Shown here: positions 52,531 through 64,000 of the stretch, one piece after another
Position numbering within the stretch: the first letter of the stretch is position 1
Layout: each line of letters opens with the position of its first letter
Origin: Octopus bimaculoides
Lineage: Eukaryota
Reading direction: 5' to 3'
Length of the DNA stretch: 64,000 nt
Assembly: GCF_001194135.2 (NCBI RefSeq)
Contig: NC_068983.1
Location: 109,338,931-109,402,930 of the forward strand
The notes under the pieces: generated by a model
What the model was told of the DNA's origin: nothing
Databases searched by the model: none
The model's input: only the letters and a program-made list of their open reading frames with translations
Made by a program: the position numbers and the translations under genes

Positions 52531-52657
52531 GTATGTATGTATATGTATATGTAAGCAAATATGCAAATATATATATATACATATATCATTTTAATTGAGT
52601 TTTTACCTGTAATTTTGGATTTTGTCCCTAATATTATTATTATTATTATATATATAC

Positions 52658-52693
<36 letters not shown>

Positions 52694-53097
52694 AAACAGA
52701 TATGCATATATATATACATATTAATTAATATAAACAGCAGTTTGCAATGTTTCACCAGAAAAAGAGAATTACAAATATCACTAAATGTGAATAGGGTGTT
52801 AGGAAACACCTACATTGCTAGAAATAAGGGCTAAATGCTCTAATGCTGTAGTTAATGCACACGAATGAAAACACCATTTGAGTGTGGCTATTGCCAGTAG
52901 TACTTAACTGGCCCTCATGCCGGTGGCACATAAAAGCACCCACTACACTCTCGGAGTGGTTAGCATTACACTAACAGACACCATAATTGTCTGAAAAGTG
53001 CCAATCAAGAATTCTTAGTATTGACACCTCAGTTTTGGCAATTTCTGTTGCCTCATCAGTTAAGACAGCTTGAGTGTTCGGCTCTTTCTAGACTTAC

Positions 53098-53154
53098 TTT
53101 GCCATTAATATTTATGTTTGTATCATCCAGATCATTGGATGATTTAGTGATTCG
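53098..53154 (-). CDS. Weak candidate exon (RITKSSNDLDDTNININGK), phase-compatible with the 48472-48630 exon
   Basis: Acceptor ...tacacattAG, donor AAA|GTAAGT, 57 nt, phase 0-0, single open frame. Short enough to arise by chance. Confidence 0.3.
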
Positions 53155-53216
53155 CTAATGTGTATATATATAAAATTAATATAAACAGTAGTTCGCAATT
53201 TTTCACCAAAAAGGAG

Positions 53217-53254
<38 letters not shown>

Positions 53255-53264
53255 TGTGTGTTGG

Positions 53265-53420
53265 TGTGTGATTAAGAAGCTTGCTTCCTAACCATGTGCT
53301 CTTCAGTCCAATCCATGATGTCTTGGGCAAGTATGTTTTACTACAGCTTCAAGGAAACCACAGCCTTCTGAGTGGATTTGGTAGATAGAAATTGAAAGAA
53401 GCCTGTTACATTTATATATA
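53265..53420 (+). mobile_element. SINE family B 5' part with CORE-like motif
   Basis: aagaagcttgcttcctaaccatg head, tcttgggcaagt (resembles the CORE-SINE motif), gagtggatttggtagatagaaattgaaagaagcc. Confidence 0.72.
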
Positions 53421-53559
53421 TGTAGTGCTTATTGCTCTGTTATGATCAGATCAACAAAAAAAGTACTCCATCCAGTGAAAGATAAATATCATTTAATATA
53501 CACTATAAAGATAAAGATATATATACATGTATGCATGTGAGTGGTTGCGTTTATGTGTA

Positions 53560-53785
53560 CCCTTGTTGTGATATGTGATGGTTGTAAATGAGCATCATTG
53601 TTATATAAATGATGATGTTTGCTTCTAGTCTATTGTGAAAAAGGGAGAAGTATTACCTTACATGGATACAGGTGAGGGTTGGCAACAAAAAGGGCATCTG
53701 GCCATAGAAAAACCTGCCTAAGCAAATTCCATCTTACCCATGCAAGTATGAAAAACTGGACATTAAATGATGATGAAGATGATGG
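53560..53785 (+). mobile_element. SINE-like repeat with RTE-type tail (second copy at about 21090-21310)
   Basis: gatggttgtaaatgagcatc...ggcaac..aagggca..agccatagaaaa.ctgcct is shared between 21100-21250 and 53578-53720. (GAT)n tail. Confidence 0.7.
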
Positions 53786-54369
53786 GAAAATGATATTTTT
53801 AACGTTTGTCTTACCACCTATCAACTCCTTCATGACCCACTCTTATTTTCCTTACATTCCCCCAAACTGAGACTCGCCATTGCACACGTTTTCCTCCATA
53901 TTCACTATTCACTGCTTTCAGTTCAATCCACATCTCTACTCTCTTATACTCTCCTTTCATACTCTCATGAATTTACTTAATTATTTGCCCCTATTTTCTC
54001 TCTATCAACCTTCTGATACTGCATCACTATCATCCTTTTTACCTTTCCTCCTGGGGTAGCTATGTATCTCCTCTACAGTAAGGCACCTGTTCATGTCTCT
54101 TTTCCTGCTATAGTCTGCTAACAGCAAGTACTAAGCTACTGTCTCTAATACAGCCCACCCTCTACTCTCTGTCAAGATATCTTATCTTATAAGTTACTTC
54201 ACTTGTGGTGGTGCACATCAAAAGTACCCAGTATGCTCTGTAAAGTGGTTGGTATTAGGAAGTGCATCCAACCAGAGATGTCTTACCATAGCAAACATTG
54301 ATGACCAAAGCAGCCTTCGGACTAGTCAGATCTAGTCAAATAGCATGGAATACAGATATTACATCGTGG

Positions 54370-55560
54370 TAGTAATGATGAAATATACCATATTTTTCAG
54401 AATATATGACACACCATTTCTTAAATGACTCAATCACTATATTTTTATTACTTCTTATATTTTCCCATGAATTGTTCACCCACATGCATAGCAGAGCAAG
54501 GATTGATCTTTTCCTTCTTCCAGTTAAAGTTATAACAAAATCTTCCTGCTGCGTCCAGTTATTCAATTTCTCTCTCCTTAAATTCTTAAAGCGTTTGTTA
54601 CAGAAACATTGCCAGATTGCAATTGATTTATTAAACAGCCAGTTGTATTTCTAAATCACTAGCTTTTTCTCTCATTTTTTTCCCATCTTATGAGCTCTAA
54701 AGAAATACCAGATGAGGAGAGAAGGCTTCTTTAATAAACCTTGGATGTTGCATTAAATTTTTTCAAACCAAAGTCGTAGTCTACCTTCATCCCTTCATCC
54801 TTTTCCATGTATAAGGACATAACCACTGCTGCATAAATTACCTTTAGGAATTGTTTTCATTTTTAAAAATAACATTGGTGATAATTTTGTTCCATCTGCT
54901 CAGTCTGCTAGCACCACTGTATAATGTGATATTTATATTTGATTAGTCCAATAGTCTTCACAGTAACAGTTTTAGTAATTTTTACATCATTTGTTCATTT
55001 GCTTGCAATATTAAATGTTAACTATGTTTCATCCATGTTTGCTGTTTTAGACAATTCAAATGGAATTTCTTTTTTTAACTGTATAATAAATATACTTGTA
55101 AAAAGCACAAATTTTCATTTCCACCTGACTGCACATTCTTTGGGTAACTTACGCTTTAGTTCTCATAACTAGACCTTTCTATTTCATTAACCAATAACAC
55201 CATGATGCACGGCCAATAAAATCTTCTAGACTATCATTTCATATGATCCTCTTTACTTCAAAATTATCATATTTGTAGAATTGATATTCCTTGCCTTCTC
55301 TAATTGAAAAAACATTCCTATAGTATATTTTCAAGATCTCGCTATTTTGCATTTTTTTCTCCAGAAATTGCACTTATCACTTTAAGTAATTTTCAATTTC
55401 CCTTCTTGAGTGAGCCAACAATGAATTATATTTATTTATCTATTTTTTGGTTGATGAGGACTAAAATATCTTCATTTCCATGGGGTTTTGCATAAATAAT
55501 GACACCAAACTTGAATTTAGCAGTATAAGACAGTCTCTTCTCTTTAGACAACGTGAGGAG
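54370..55560 (-). mobile_element. pogo-superfamily transposase remnant with Brinker-type DNA-binding domain
   Basis: Minus strand gives RLSYTAKFKFGVIIYAKPHGN (BrkDBD-like), ANMDET and HYTVVLAD*ADGTKLSPMLFLKMKTIPKG (DDE_1-like). Heavily decayed. Confidence 0.75.
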
Positions 55561-55904
55561 AGAAAAAAATAGAATGTAAAATAAAAGAATGAAAAGACTA
55601 TTTTGCTCCCTAATATCTAAAATACAGTACTTTAGGTTTTGGCTATGCACCCAGCTTGATAGTAAGCACATGCCAAACTGATGAGTGGCCAATAAAAACT
55701 GAGAAATGTATTAAGTGACTGTCAACACTAATTGCATTAGGCACTTTGATTGGTCAACTCCATTGCTCATTTGAAATTTAATGCAAACACTCAAAAACGA
55801 TTTTTTTTTATTTGTTGAAAAAGTTAGGCCTGAAATGTCATCCCACTCTGCATAAAACAGCAATCACTCTTTCCCCCTCATCCATTACCTTTATCTTTTA
55901 TATT

Positions 55905-56300
55905 TACTAGTGTCAGTCATTAATCTGCTGCAGCCATGCTGGAGCTCTGCTTTGAAGAACTTTAGTCAAATGAATTGACACCACTACTTATTCTTTTAAG
56001 CCTGGTACTTATTCTATTGATCTCTTATGATGAATTGCTACATTATAGGTATGTAAACACACCAAGACTGGTTGTCAAGCAGTGGTGGAGGAAAAACACA
56101 GATAAAAAAGCGCACACAAACATAAATATACATACAATGGGCTTCTTTTCTGTTTCTGTCTACCACATCCACTCACAAGGCTTTGGTCAGTCTGTGGTTA
56201 AAGTAGAAGACACATGCCGCATGCCCAAGGTACCACACAGTGGTACTGGACTGGGAACCATGTGGTTGGGAAGCAAATTGCTTACCATACAGCCACGTTA
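55905..56300 (-). mobile_element. SINE family B
   Basis: Reverse complement of the 3060-3425 architecture. Confidence 0.8.
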
Positions 56301-56453
56301 TAATTTGAAATTTTTTTTAAGGAGCACTATAAACAGTTATGTTTTTGAAAGGAAAATACTGCTATTGTTATACATAATAAAATAGCACATTGACATGGAG
56401 TGTACTAGGCTTTTTTTATTTAAATAAATTTACACAAAGATTATGTAAAACAT

Positions 56454-56625
56454 ATCATCATCATCATCATTTAACATCAGCTTTCTGCTGGCATGGGTTG
56501 GACAGTTTGACTGAAGACTGGTCAGCCAGATGGCTGCACCAGGCTCCAATCTCATCTGGCAGAGTTTCTACAGCTGGATGCCCTTCCTAACGCCACCCAC
56601 TCCGAGAGTGTAGTAGGTGCTTTTA
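56454..56625 (-). mobile_element. RTE 3'-UTR repeat copy (short)
   Basis: (CAT)n tail and core in reverse orientation. Confidence 0.85.
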
Positions 56626-56790
56626 TATATACAATAGAACCTCAGTTTTAAAACAACTCTGATCATGAATGAATTGTACTTTATCACCTGTCTTTCTCAA
56701 ATTCATTTAAAACAATAGTACCTTGGTTTACGAACATCTCTGATCACAAATAAATCGTGCTTTATATATATCTATATCTATCTATATGTA

Positions 56791-58543
56791 TATAGCCCGA
56801 TTAAGGGTATGAAGACAGGGAAAGTCTCCGGCCCATTAGGAAACACTGGAGAGACGTTTAAAATATCTAGCAGTGTTGACTATAGTCTAGTCACCCGTAT
56901 AGTCAACCAGGTGATACATGGAGTCATATCCAATAACTAGTGTAGCAGCACCATAGTCAACTGCTTCAAATGTAAAAGTGACACATTAGATACAAATAAT
57001 TATAGAAGTATCAGGTTGTTGGATCAGGTAATGAAAGTCAGGGAGAGAGTCATAGCCCAACTAATTAGGAAGAGAATCGGTCTAGATGAGATGCAGTTTG
57101 GGTTTGTACCAGTGAAAAGCACCACTGATGCTATATTTCTGGTAAGACAGTTGCAGAAGAAATACCTAGCCAAAGATAAACCTCTGTACCTGGCTGTCAT
57201 TGACATGGAGAAAGCCTTTGACAGGGTCCCTCGATTCCTTATCTGGTGGTCAATGAGGAAACTAGGGATACATGAATGGTTAGTGAGAGCTGTACAAGCA
57301 ATGTACAGGGATGATGTCAGTAAGGTGAGGTTTGGCAAAGAGTACAGTGAAGAATTCCGGGTAGGGGTAGGGGTCACCAAGGATCAGTCCTCAGCCCCCT
57401 CTTATTCATCATAGTCCTCTAGGCAATAACAGAAGAATTCAAGACAGGATGATCCTGGGAGCTTCTCTATTACTGAGTCATTATCAGAACTAGAGGAGAA
57501 GGTGGTGAGATGGCAGAAACATTAGCACGCTGGGCGAAATGCTTAGCGGTATTTCATCTGCCATTACATTCTGAGTTCAAATTCCGCCGAGGTCGACTTT
57601 GCCTTTCATCCTTTCGGGGTCGATAAATTAAGTACCAGTTATGCACTGAGGTCGATGTAATCGACTTAATCCCTTTGTCTGTCCTTGTTTGTCCCCTCTA
57701 TGTTTGTCCCCTCTATGTTTAGCCCCTTGTGGGCAATAAAGAAGCAAAGATTAGAATCGAAGGGCCTTAGAGTCAACCTAGTAAAAACCAAAGTCTTAAG
57801 TAGGAAGGCAAACAAACCACAAATCTCTTCAAGTAGATGGCCCTGCTTGATCTGTAGAGAAAGCATAGGCAGAAACTCCATAAGATATTCCCGGTGTAAG
57901 CTATGGCCACATAAGAGAAGCAGCAATATCAAAGGAAGGACACAATATCAAATGATGGACACATAAGAGGTGAAGCAATATCAAAGCATCCTGAGAGAAA
58001 AGTTGGACTTAAGAAGCATCAGATGTGGTATGCAAGAGAGAAGACTGTGCTGGTATGGCGATGTGTTGTGAATGGATGAGGACAGCTGTATGAAAAATTG
58101 TCACACCCTAGCAGTTGAGGGAACCTGTGGAAAAGGTAGACCCAGAAAGACCTGGGATGAGGTAGTGGAGCATGACTTCGAACATTGGGCCTCACTGAGG
58201 CAATGGCAAGTGACAGCGACCTTTGGAGATATAGTGCTTGAGAAGACCCGGCAAGTCAAGTGAGACCATAATGGTAGCCTATGCCAGTGGAATGTTAAAA
58301 GCACCATTTGAGCATGGCCAGTGCCACTGCCACCTGACTGGCCCTCATGCTGGTGGCACATAAAAGCACCCACTACACTCTCAGAGTGGTTGGCATTAGG
58401 AAGGGTATCCAGCTGTAGAAACTTAGCAAGATTGGATTGGAGCCTGGTGCAGCCTTCTGGGTTGCCAATCCTCAGTCAAACCATCCAACCCATGCTGGCA
58501 TGGAAAGCAGACGTTAAATGACTACGACGATGATGATGATGAT
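56791..58543 (+). mobile_element. RTE-clade LINE, 5'-truncated, with RT remnant, ORF end, 3' UTR and (GAT)n tail
   Basis: GLDEMQFGFVP..STTDAIFLVRQLQ, IDMEKAFDRVPR, LESKGLRVNLVKTK and GRPRKTWDEVV motifs. The ORF stop at 58263 runs directly into the abundant aaaagcacccactacactc...gatgatgat repeat. Confidence 0.92.
57499..57743 (+). mobile_element. SINE family A copy inserted in the RTE RT region
   Basis: Interrupts the RTE frame between SELEEK and KQ.LESKGL. Carries a 15-nt internal tandem duplication tgtttgtcccctcta. Confidence 0.9.
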
Positions 58544-58584
58544 TTATTCACGACCAGAGTTGTTCAAAAACTGAGGTACTACTG

Positions 58585-58625
<41 letters not shown>

Positions 58626-59164
58626 NNNNNNNNNNNNNNNNNNNNNNNNNNNNNNNNNNNNNNNNNNNNNNNNNNNNNNNNNNNNNNNNNNNNNNNNNNN
58701 NNNNNNNNNNNNNNNNNNNNNNNNNNNNNNNNNNNNNNNNNNNNNNNNNNNNNNNNNNNNNNNNNNNNNNNNNNNNNNNNNNNNNNNNNNNNNNNNNNNN
58801 NNNNNNNNNNNNNNNNNNNNNNNNNNNNNNNNNNNNNNNNNNNNNNNNNNNNNNNNNNNNNNNNNNNNNNNNNNNNNNNNNNNNNNNNNNNNNNNNNNNN
58901 NNNNNNNNNNNNNNNNNNNNNNNNNNNNNNNNNNNNNNNNNNNNNNNNNNNNNNNNNNNNNNNNNNNNNNNNNNNNNNNNNNNNNNNNNNNNNNNNNNNN
59001 NNNNNNNNNNNNNNNNNNNNNNNNNNNNNNNNNNNNNNNNNNNNNNNNNNNNNNNNNNNNNNNNNNNNNNNNNNNNNNNNNNNNNNNNNNNNNNNNNNNN
59101 NNNNNNNNNNNNNNNNNNNNNNNNNNNNNNNNATACATAGAGTAATATGGTGCATATGTGTATA

Positions 59165-59394
59165 TCATCATCATCATCATTTAATGTCTATTGTCCATGC
59201 TGGCATGGGCTGAACAGTTTGACCAGGGCTGGTAAGCTGGAAGGCTGCACCAGACTCCAGTTTGATTTGGCATGGTTTTCTATGGCTGGATGCTCTTCCT
59301 AATGCCAACGAGCCATAGAAAACCATTCCAAATAAGACTGGAGTCTGGTGCAGCCTTCCAGCTTACCAGCCCCAGTCAAACTGTCCAACCCATG
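59165..59394. repeat. Fold-back (palindromic) RTE 3'-UTR copy
   Basis: 59204-59287 is the reverse complement of 59311-59394 (84 bp, about 7 mismatches), with a 23-nt loop. Confidence 0.9.
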
Positions 59395-59824
59395 GCCAAA
59401 TGTCTGTTATATTTACAGATGTGGGTTTGAGTGGCAAGAGTAGCTTTTGACTTTTTCTATCCAAAGAGTTTTTAAAATCAATTCACACACTATTAGTCAC
59501 AGATGTATCTACTCTGAGTTTCAATATTCCCATGAAGACATACATGCATACATAAATACACATATATATGTTGATTCACCAATGCCTTTGAACTTCTAGC
59601 AACATACCATAATACCACCACTATCTAGCTTGGAGCAAAATGTAAGTCTTATAACTTCTGAAACCTATTATGTCACCTGATGATGTATTGCGAGATGCAT
59701 CGGATGTCATTACATCATTCCCCACCAACCAGGGAGCAGTGCATAAGGCAACTGAAACAACTGTTGAGCTAAATAAAGCTTCTAGTTACTCTGTCTTCTG
59801 TATCAATCATTTAGAATGAATACA

Positions 59825-59856
<32 letters not shown>

Positions 59857-60039
59857 CACGCACTCAGAAAAAATACATGGATGCTCAAATATGAATGCAT
59901 CTGCACACATATCCTAAACAAACACCTATGTATGATGTGTAGTAAAGTTGATTCCATTTCAACCTAATACCAACGGTTTTCATATATTTTTTCGGTGCCC
60001 CTGACCTGGCTCTTGTGTGGGATTGTTGTAGGATTTTCG

Positions 60040-60921
60040 AGCGAGATCGTTGCTGGTGCCCCTGGACTGGCTCTTGTGCGGGTGACACATGAGGTTTCTC
60101 GAGCGAGATGAGCGTGGCCGTTGCCAGTACCGCCTGACTGGCCTTCGTGCGGGTGACACGTAAAAGCACCCACTACACTCTTTGAGTGGTTGGCGTTAGG
60201 AAGGGCATCCAGCTGTAGAAACTCTGCCAAATTAGATTGGAGCCTGGTGTTGCCATCCGGTTTCACCAGTCCTCAGTCAAATCATCCAACCCATGCTAGC
60301 ATGGAAAGCAGACGTTAAACGATGATGATGATGATGATGATGATGTTCNNNNNNNNNNNNNNNNNNNNNNNNNNNNNNNNNNNNNNNNNNNNNNNNNNNN
60401 NNNNNNNNNNNNNNNNNNNNNNNNNNNNNNNNNNNNNNNNNNNNNNNNNNNNNNNNNNNNNNNNNNNNNNNNNNNNNNNNNNNNNNNNNNNNNNNNNNNN
60501 NNNNNNNNNNNNNNNNNNNNNNNNNNNNNNNNNNNNNNNNNNNNNNNNNNNNNNNNNNNNNNNNNNNNNNNNNNNNNNNNNNNNNNNNNNNNNNNNNNNN
60601 NNNNTCGTAGGGTTTTCGAGCGAGATCGTTGCCAGTGCCCCTGGACTGGCTTTTGTGCTGGTGGCACATAAAAGACACCATTTCGAGCGTGGCCGTTGCC
60701 AGTACCGCCTGACTGGCCTTCGTGCGGGTGACACGTAAAAGCACCCACTACACTCTTTGAGTGGTTGGCGTTAGGAAGGGCATCCAGCTGTAGAAACTCT
60801 GCCAAATTAGATTGGAGCCTGGTGTTGCCATCCGGTTTCACCAGTCCTCAGTCAAATCATCCAACCCATGCTAGCATGGAAAGCAGACGTTAAACGATGA
60901 TGATGATGATGATGATGATGT
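60040..60921 (+). mobile_element. Two near-identical RTE 3'-UTR copies on either side of an N gap
   Basis: About 60112-60348 equals about 60686-60922, including the unusual gcgggtgacacg variant. Confidence 0.85.
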
Positions 60922-61417
60922 TCTATATACAAGATGACGTTGCATCAGTGGATCAACCACTCCTTTCACTGCATCCATTATGGTACATGTAGAATGTGAG
61001 CCCAGCTAGTAATCTCAGAAATAAGTATTATATATAGTACCTGAAAGTTATGCTTCCATCACAATTTTAAGTTTGCTGTGCCATTGCATTATTCCATTTC
61101 ATGCTAATTCTCTGCAGCTACCTTTGTTTCTTAATTACCTGTGCTAAGTGAGTCATATGTGATATAACAGTGGCAGATATTCAACTTAATTTCTTTTAGA
61201 TTTCGTTTCTCAGCTTGATCTCAAAATGGGTCACTGGCATGCTGTTCGGATGTGGGATATCCATTAACTCAAACAACACGTTTTGAACTTCTTGATAAGG
61301 ATGGTATATCTGAATTATCTGTTGTGTGCTTATATTCAAAAAGGCTGGGGTATTTTAGAAGGAACTACTGTGAGCACTTTATTGACATGTTAACACATTA
61401 TTACTATTTTCATTAGT

Positions 61418-61740
61418 GGAGGCGCAATGTCCCAGTCGTTAGGGCAGCGGACTCGCGGTCATAGGATCGCGGTTTCGATTCCCAGACCGGGCGTTGTGAG
61501 TGTTTATTGAGCAAAAACACCTAAAGTTCCACGAGATTCCGGCAGGGGATGGTGGTGATCCCTGCTGTACTCTTTCACCACAACTTTCTCTCACTCTCAC
61601 TTCCTGTTTCTGTTGTGCCTGTAATTCAAAGGGTCAGCCTTGTCACACTGTGTCACGCTGAACATCCCCGAGAACTACGTTAAGGGTACACGTGTCTGTG
61701 GAGTGCTCAGCCACTTGCATGTTAATTTCACGAGCAGGCT
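61418..61740 (+). mobile_element. tRNA-derived SINE (near full length)
   Basis: Head ggaggcgcaatgtcccagtcgttagggcagcggactcgcgg...ggtttcgattccc with A-box and B-box-like motifs, followed by a non-tRNA body. CpGs retained. Confidence 0.85.
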
Positions 61741-61915
61741 ATTCAAACAGATAAGACTGTTGGAAAAGAAAAATTCCTAACATCGGACTACAACAAGTAA
61801 CATTAGATGCCAAGAACTCTCCTAAGTATCCTAGCTGTCCCTGGGATACTTTTTACTATCGTTACTATCATTATTATTATTACTATTATTATCATCATCA
61901 TTATTATTATAATCA

Positions 61916-62130
61916 AGGTGGTGAGCTGGCAGAATTATTAGTGTGCTGGATGAAATGCTTAACAGTATTTTGCCTGTTGTCACGTTCTGAGTTCAAATTC
62001 TGCTGAGATTAACTTTACCATTCATCCTTTCAGGGTTGATAAAATAAGTACCAGTTGGACATTGGGGTCGATGTAATCAACTCGTCCCCTCCCCACAAAT
62101 TGCTGTCCTTATGGAAAAATTTGTAACCAT
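61916..62130 (+). mobile_element. SINE family A variant
   Basis: aaggtggtgagctggcagaa...ttctgagttcaaattc...catcctttcagggttgataaaataagtacc. Confidence 0.82.
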
Positions 62131-62835
62131 TATGATGATGATGATGATGATGATGATGAAATTTATATCAATATAGATTAGTTATAATCTCAAAAGAGAA
62201 GACTTTAAACTGATAAGAGAAAAATGTTTGCAGCTTCAGTACTAAATGACATGATAACCATATAAAATAATCTGGTAGTGCCCCAACATGGCCACATCCT
62301 TAGGGCTGAAACATATAAAAGAATAAAAGAATATAGTTTTGGCAAAGCTTATGAATGTATTAATAAGTGTTATACAGTCACACCTAACTTTGTTCAAAGT
62401 TGACATGATAATTATTCAGGTGTCACCCACTTAGTGAGGATGAATATAGTCTTATATAGAACAGGATAAATAAAACCATTAAAATCTTTACGTTCTTAAC
62501 ATCTTAAAATATAAATCCTAGAATGGATGTTATTTTCCAGGTTTTAGTTAAATTCTACAAAGAAGAATCAATAATAGTAAACATGCCTTTGTATTTAATC
62601 AAAATAAATACTAATAGAGAAATTGTTTTTAACATATTCTCAATGTCTGTGGTTTGCATCAAAACGAAATATTTTCTGAAAACTATTTTTTACTAGTTAT
62701 TTATCATTTATATTTATATCATTAAATGAATTCTATACACAGTAATCTAGTTAAGAAGTTTACTTTGCAACCATCCTATTTTGGGTTCAATCCTGCCATG
62801 CAAAATCTTGGACAAGTGATTTCTAGTAAAGATTG

Positions 62836-63252
62836 TTTGCCAACAACATGGCAGTCCTGGTTTAGGACGAAAGTTGCTGTAATTTAGCCCCAGGAGACAT
62901 CGTCTCCTGCTGGCTATACAACATGATCTGTGTCTCTCATTGTGAGATTTAAAAATAGTAATTTTCTAATTTATAGATCAGTGACTAGTTGTCACTTTGA
63001 AAGCTATTTATTTCAAATGGGAATTTGGCAGCGCCACCTCTACCCGAGCAATTATTCTGAGCTGATTAAGGGAAATAACTAGGAAATCACGATACACAAA
63101 TATTGTTTTGAGATGAGTAGGGGTGCTAGAGTCCCTTGTTTGAAAATATAAGGACAGCGATTGTGCCGTATAGCCAGCTGGAGACAATGTCTCTTGGGAT
63201 AAATTACAGCAACATTTGTCCTAAGCCTGGACTGCCATGTTATGTTGGCAAA
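62836..63252. mobile_element. MITE/foldback element with about 85-bp TIRs
   Basis: 62836-62919 is the reverse complement of 63168-63252 with scattered mismatches. Confidence 0.8.
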
Positions 63253-64000
63253 TAATATTTAATACGAAGTACTGTTGCTGAATATCTCTTGTGAGATTTA
63301 AAAATAATAATTCTCTAAGTGATTCCTACTCTAGCATTGGGTTGACCAATACTCTGTAAGTTGAATTAGTAGGCAGAAATTGTGTGGTGGAAATCCCTTG
63401 TGTGTGTATGTGTAAGTACATATGGATAGATAGAGATATGTGTATGTACATACATACACACACACACACACACATGCATACACACACATACACACATATA
63501 TGTTTGGGGCAAGGTAGGTATGTTTATATATACTGGTATACAATAGTGTTCTGATTTGCATTCAATAAATCAGTAAAACCAGTAAAATGAATAACAGATT
63601 TAAAATAAAGAATGGGTGATTGATACAAGTGGTTAAAACCCCTGAATGTAGTAGCCAGAACGGCTGCATCTTAATAATTGAAATCAGTAAAACAATAAAA
63701 CCATAAAGCATGTTCAATGTGATACTATCACTTTAATGTTAAGACCTTCAAACTGAGCATGGATGCAATTTGTTATTACTTAGCAATTATAAATATGTTA
63801 CAATTACAAACAGATCCCATCCTATTCATTTTAAGTAAAAAGAATGTAGAAATGGCTCTTGGAACACATACTTAATACCCAGGCAAATATTGGAAATGTA
63901 CTTAGTTCTATATTCTTATTGTAGAATATTATATTGTATATGTGGTACCTATTTTAAACAATATGCAAAAAACTAAGATTATTTCATGTAAACAGTGGTA

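Larger units (their letters stand above)
56632..58584. mobile_element. Tigger-type MITE termini separated by an RTE insertion
   Basis: TA|caatagaacctcagttttaaaacaactctgatcatgaat at 56632 matches the reverse complement of attcacgaccagagttgttcaaaaactgaggtactactg|TA ending at 58584. A second left-TIR-like copy is at about 56713. Confidence 0.55.

Noticed and set aside
52730-53220. About 55-bp direct repeat (ataaacag.agtt.gcaat.tttcacca) at about 52730 and about 53180
   Set aside because: Short, diverged local duplication next to microsatellites with no further structure.
59670-59720. CTGATGA followed by a small hairpin, possible third hammerhead
   Set aside because: The GAAA half of the core is absent (GGAT) and no stem I pairing was found.
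12326-60841. Long ORFs containing X runs (e.g. 27098-28420, 40932-41795, 58544-59213)
   Set aside because: They are open only because they cross N gaps and flanking microsatellites.
60112-60922. Apparent tandem duplication of an RTE tail
   Set aside because: The two near-identical copies, including a few bases of the same 3' flank (gttc), sit either side of an N gap. Most likely a scaffolding or haplotype artefact; long reads would decide.
61418-61495. Possible tRNA gene
   Set aside because: No complete acceptor stem, it continues into a repeat body, and it has a dispersed copy at 25897-26042. It is a SINE head.
4064-63561. ORFs rich in YIYI, CVCV, HTHT, ERER or poly-H/M/D
   Set aside because: Translations of (TA)n, (TG)n, (GA)n and (GAT)n microsatellites, not genes.
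1-64000. Conserved bilaterian microRNA genes
   Set aside because: No match to familiar mature miRNA sequences was noticed by eye. This is not exhaustive; a MirGeneDB/miRBase search would be needed.

Overview
AT-rich, repeat-dense eukaryotic draft sequence with nine N-gaps. The repeat repertoire (tRNA-headed SINEs, RTE LINE 3' ends with (GAT)n tails, abundant microsatellites) resembles an octopus/cephalopod genome; this is inference, with no database search. No complete protein-coding gene is visible. The window looks intronic or intergenic, with one reasonably convincing minus-strand internal exon (48472-48630) and weaker candidates. Most recognisable sequence is transposon-derived: RTE, R4/Dong-like and CR1/L2-like LINE fragments, Penelope-like elements, Tc1/mariner elements (a DD36E copy with a nearly intact transposase, DD37D copies, a Hsmar1-like copy), a pogo-like element, several MITEs and at least three SINE families. 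Main finds: two minimal hammerhead-ribozyme motifs with covarying stems downstream of Penelope GIY-YIG remnants, a 66-nt double-hairpin module array in the RTE 3' UTR, several local fold-back structures, a chimeric SINE bounded by one target-site duplication, and a 1.2-kb CpG-retaining patch in otherwise CpG-depleted DNA. Boundaries of decayed elements are approximate.
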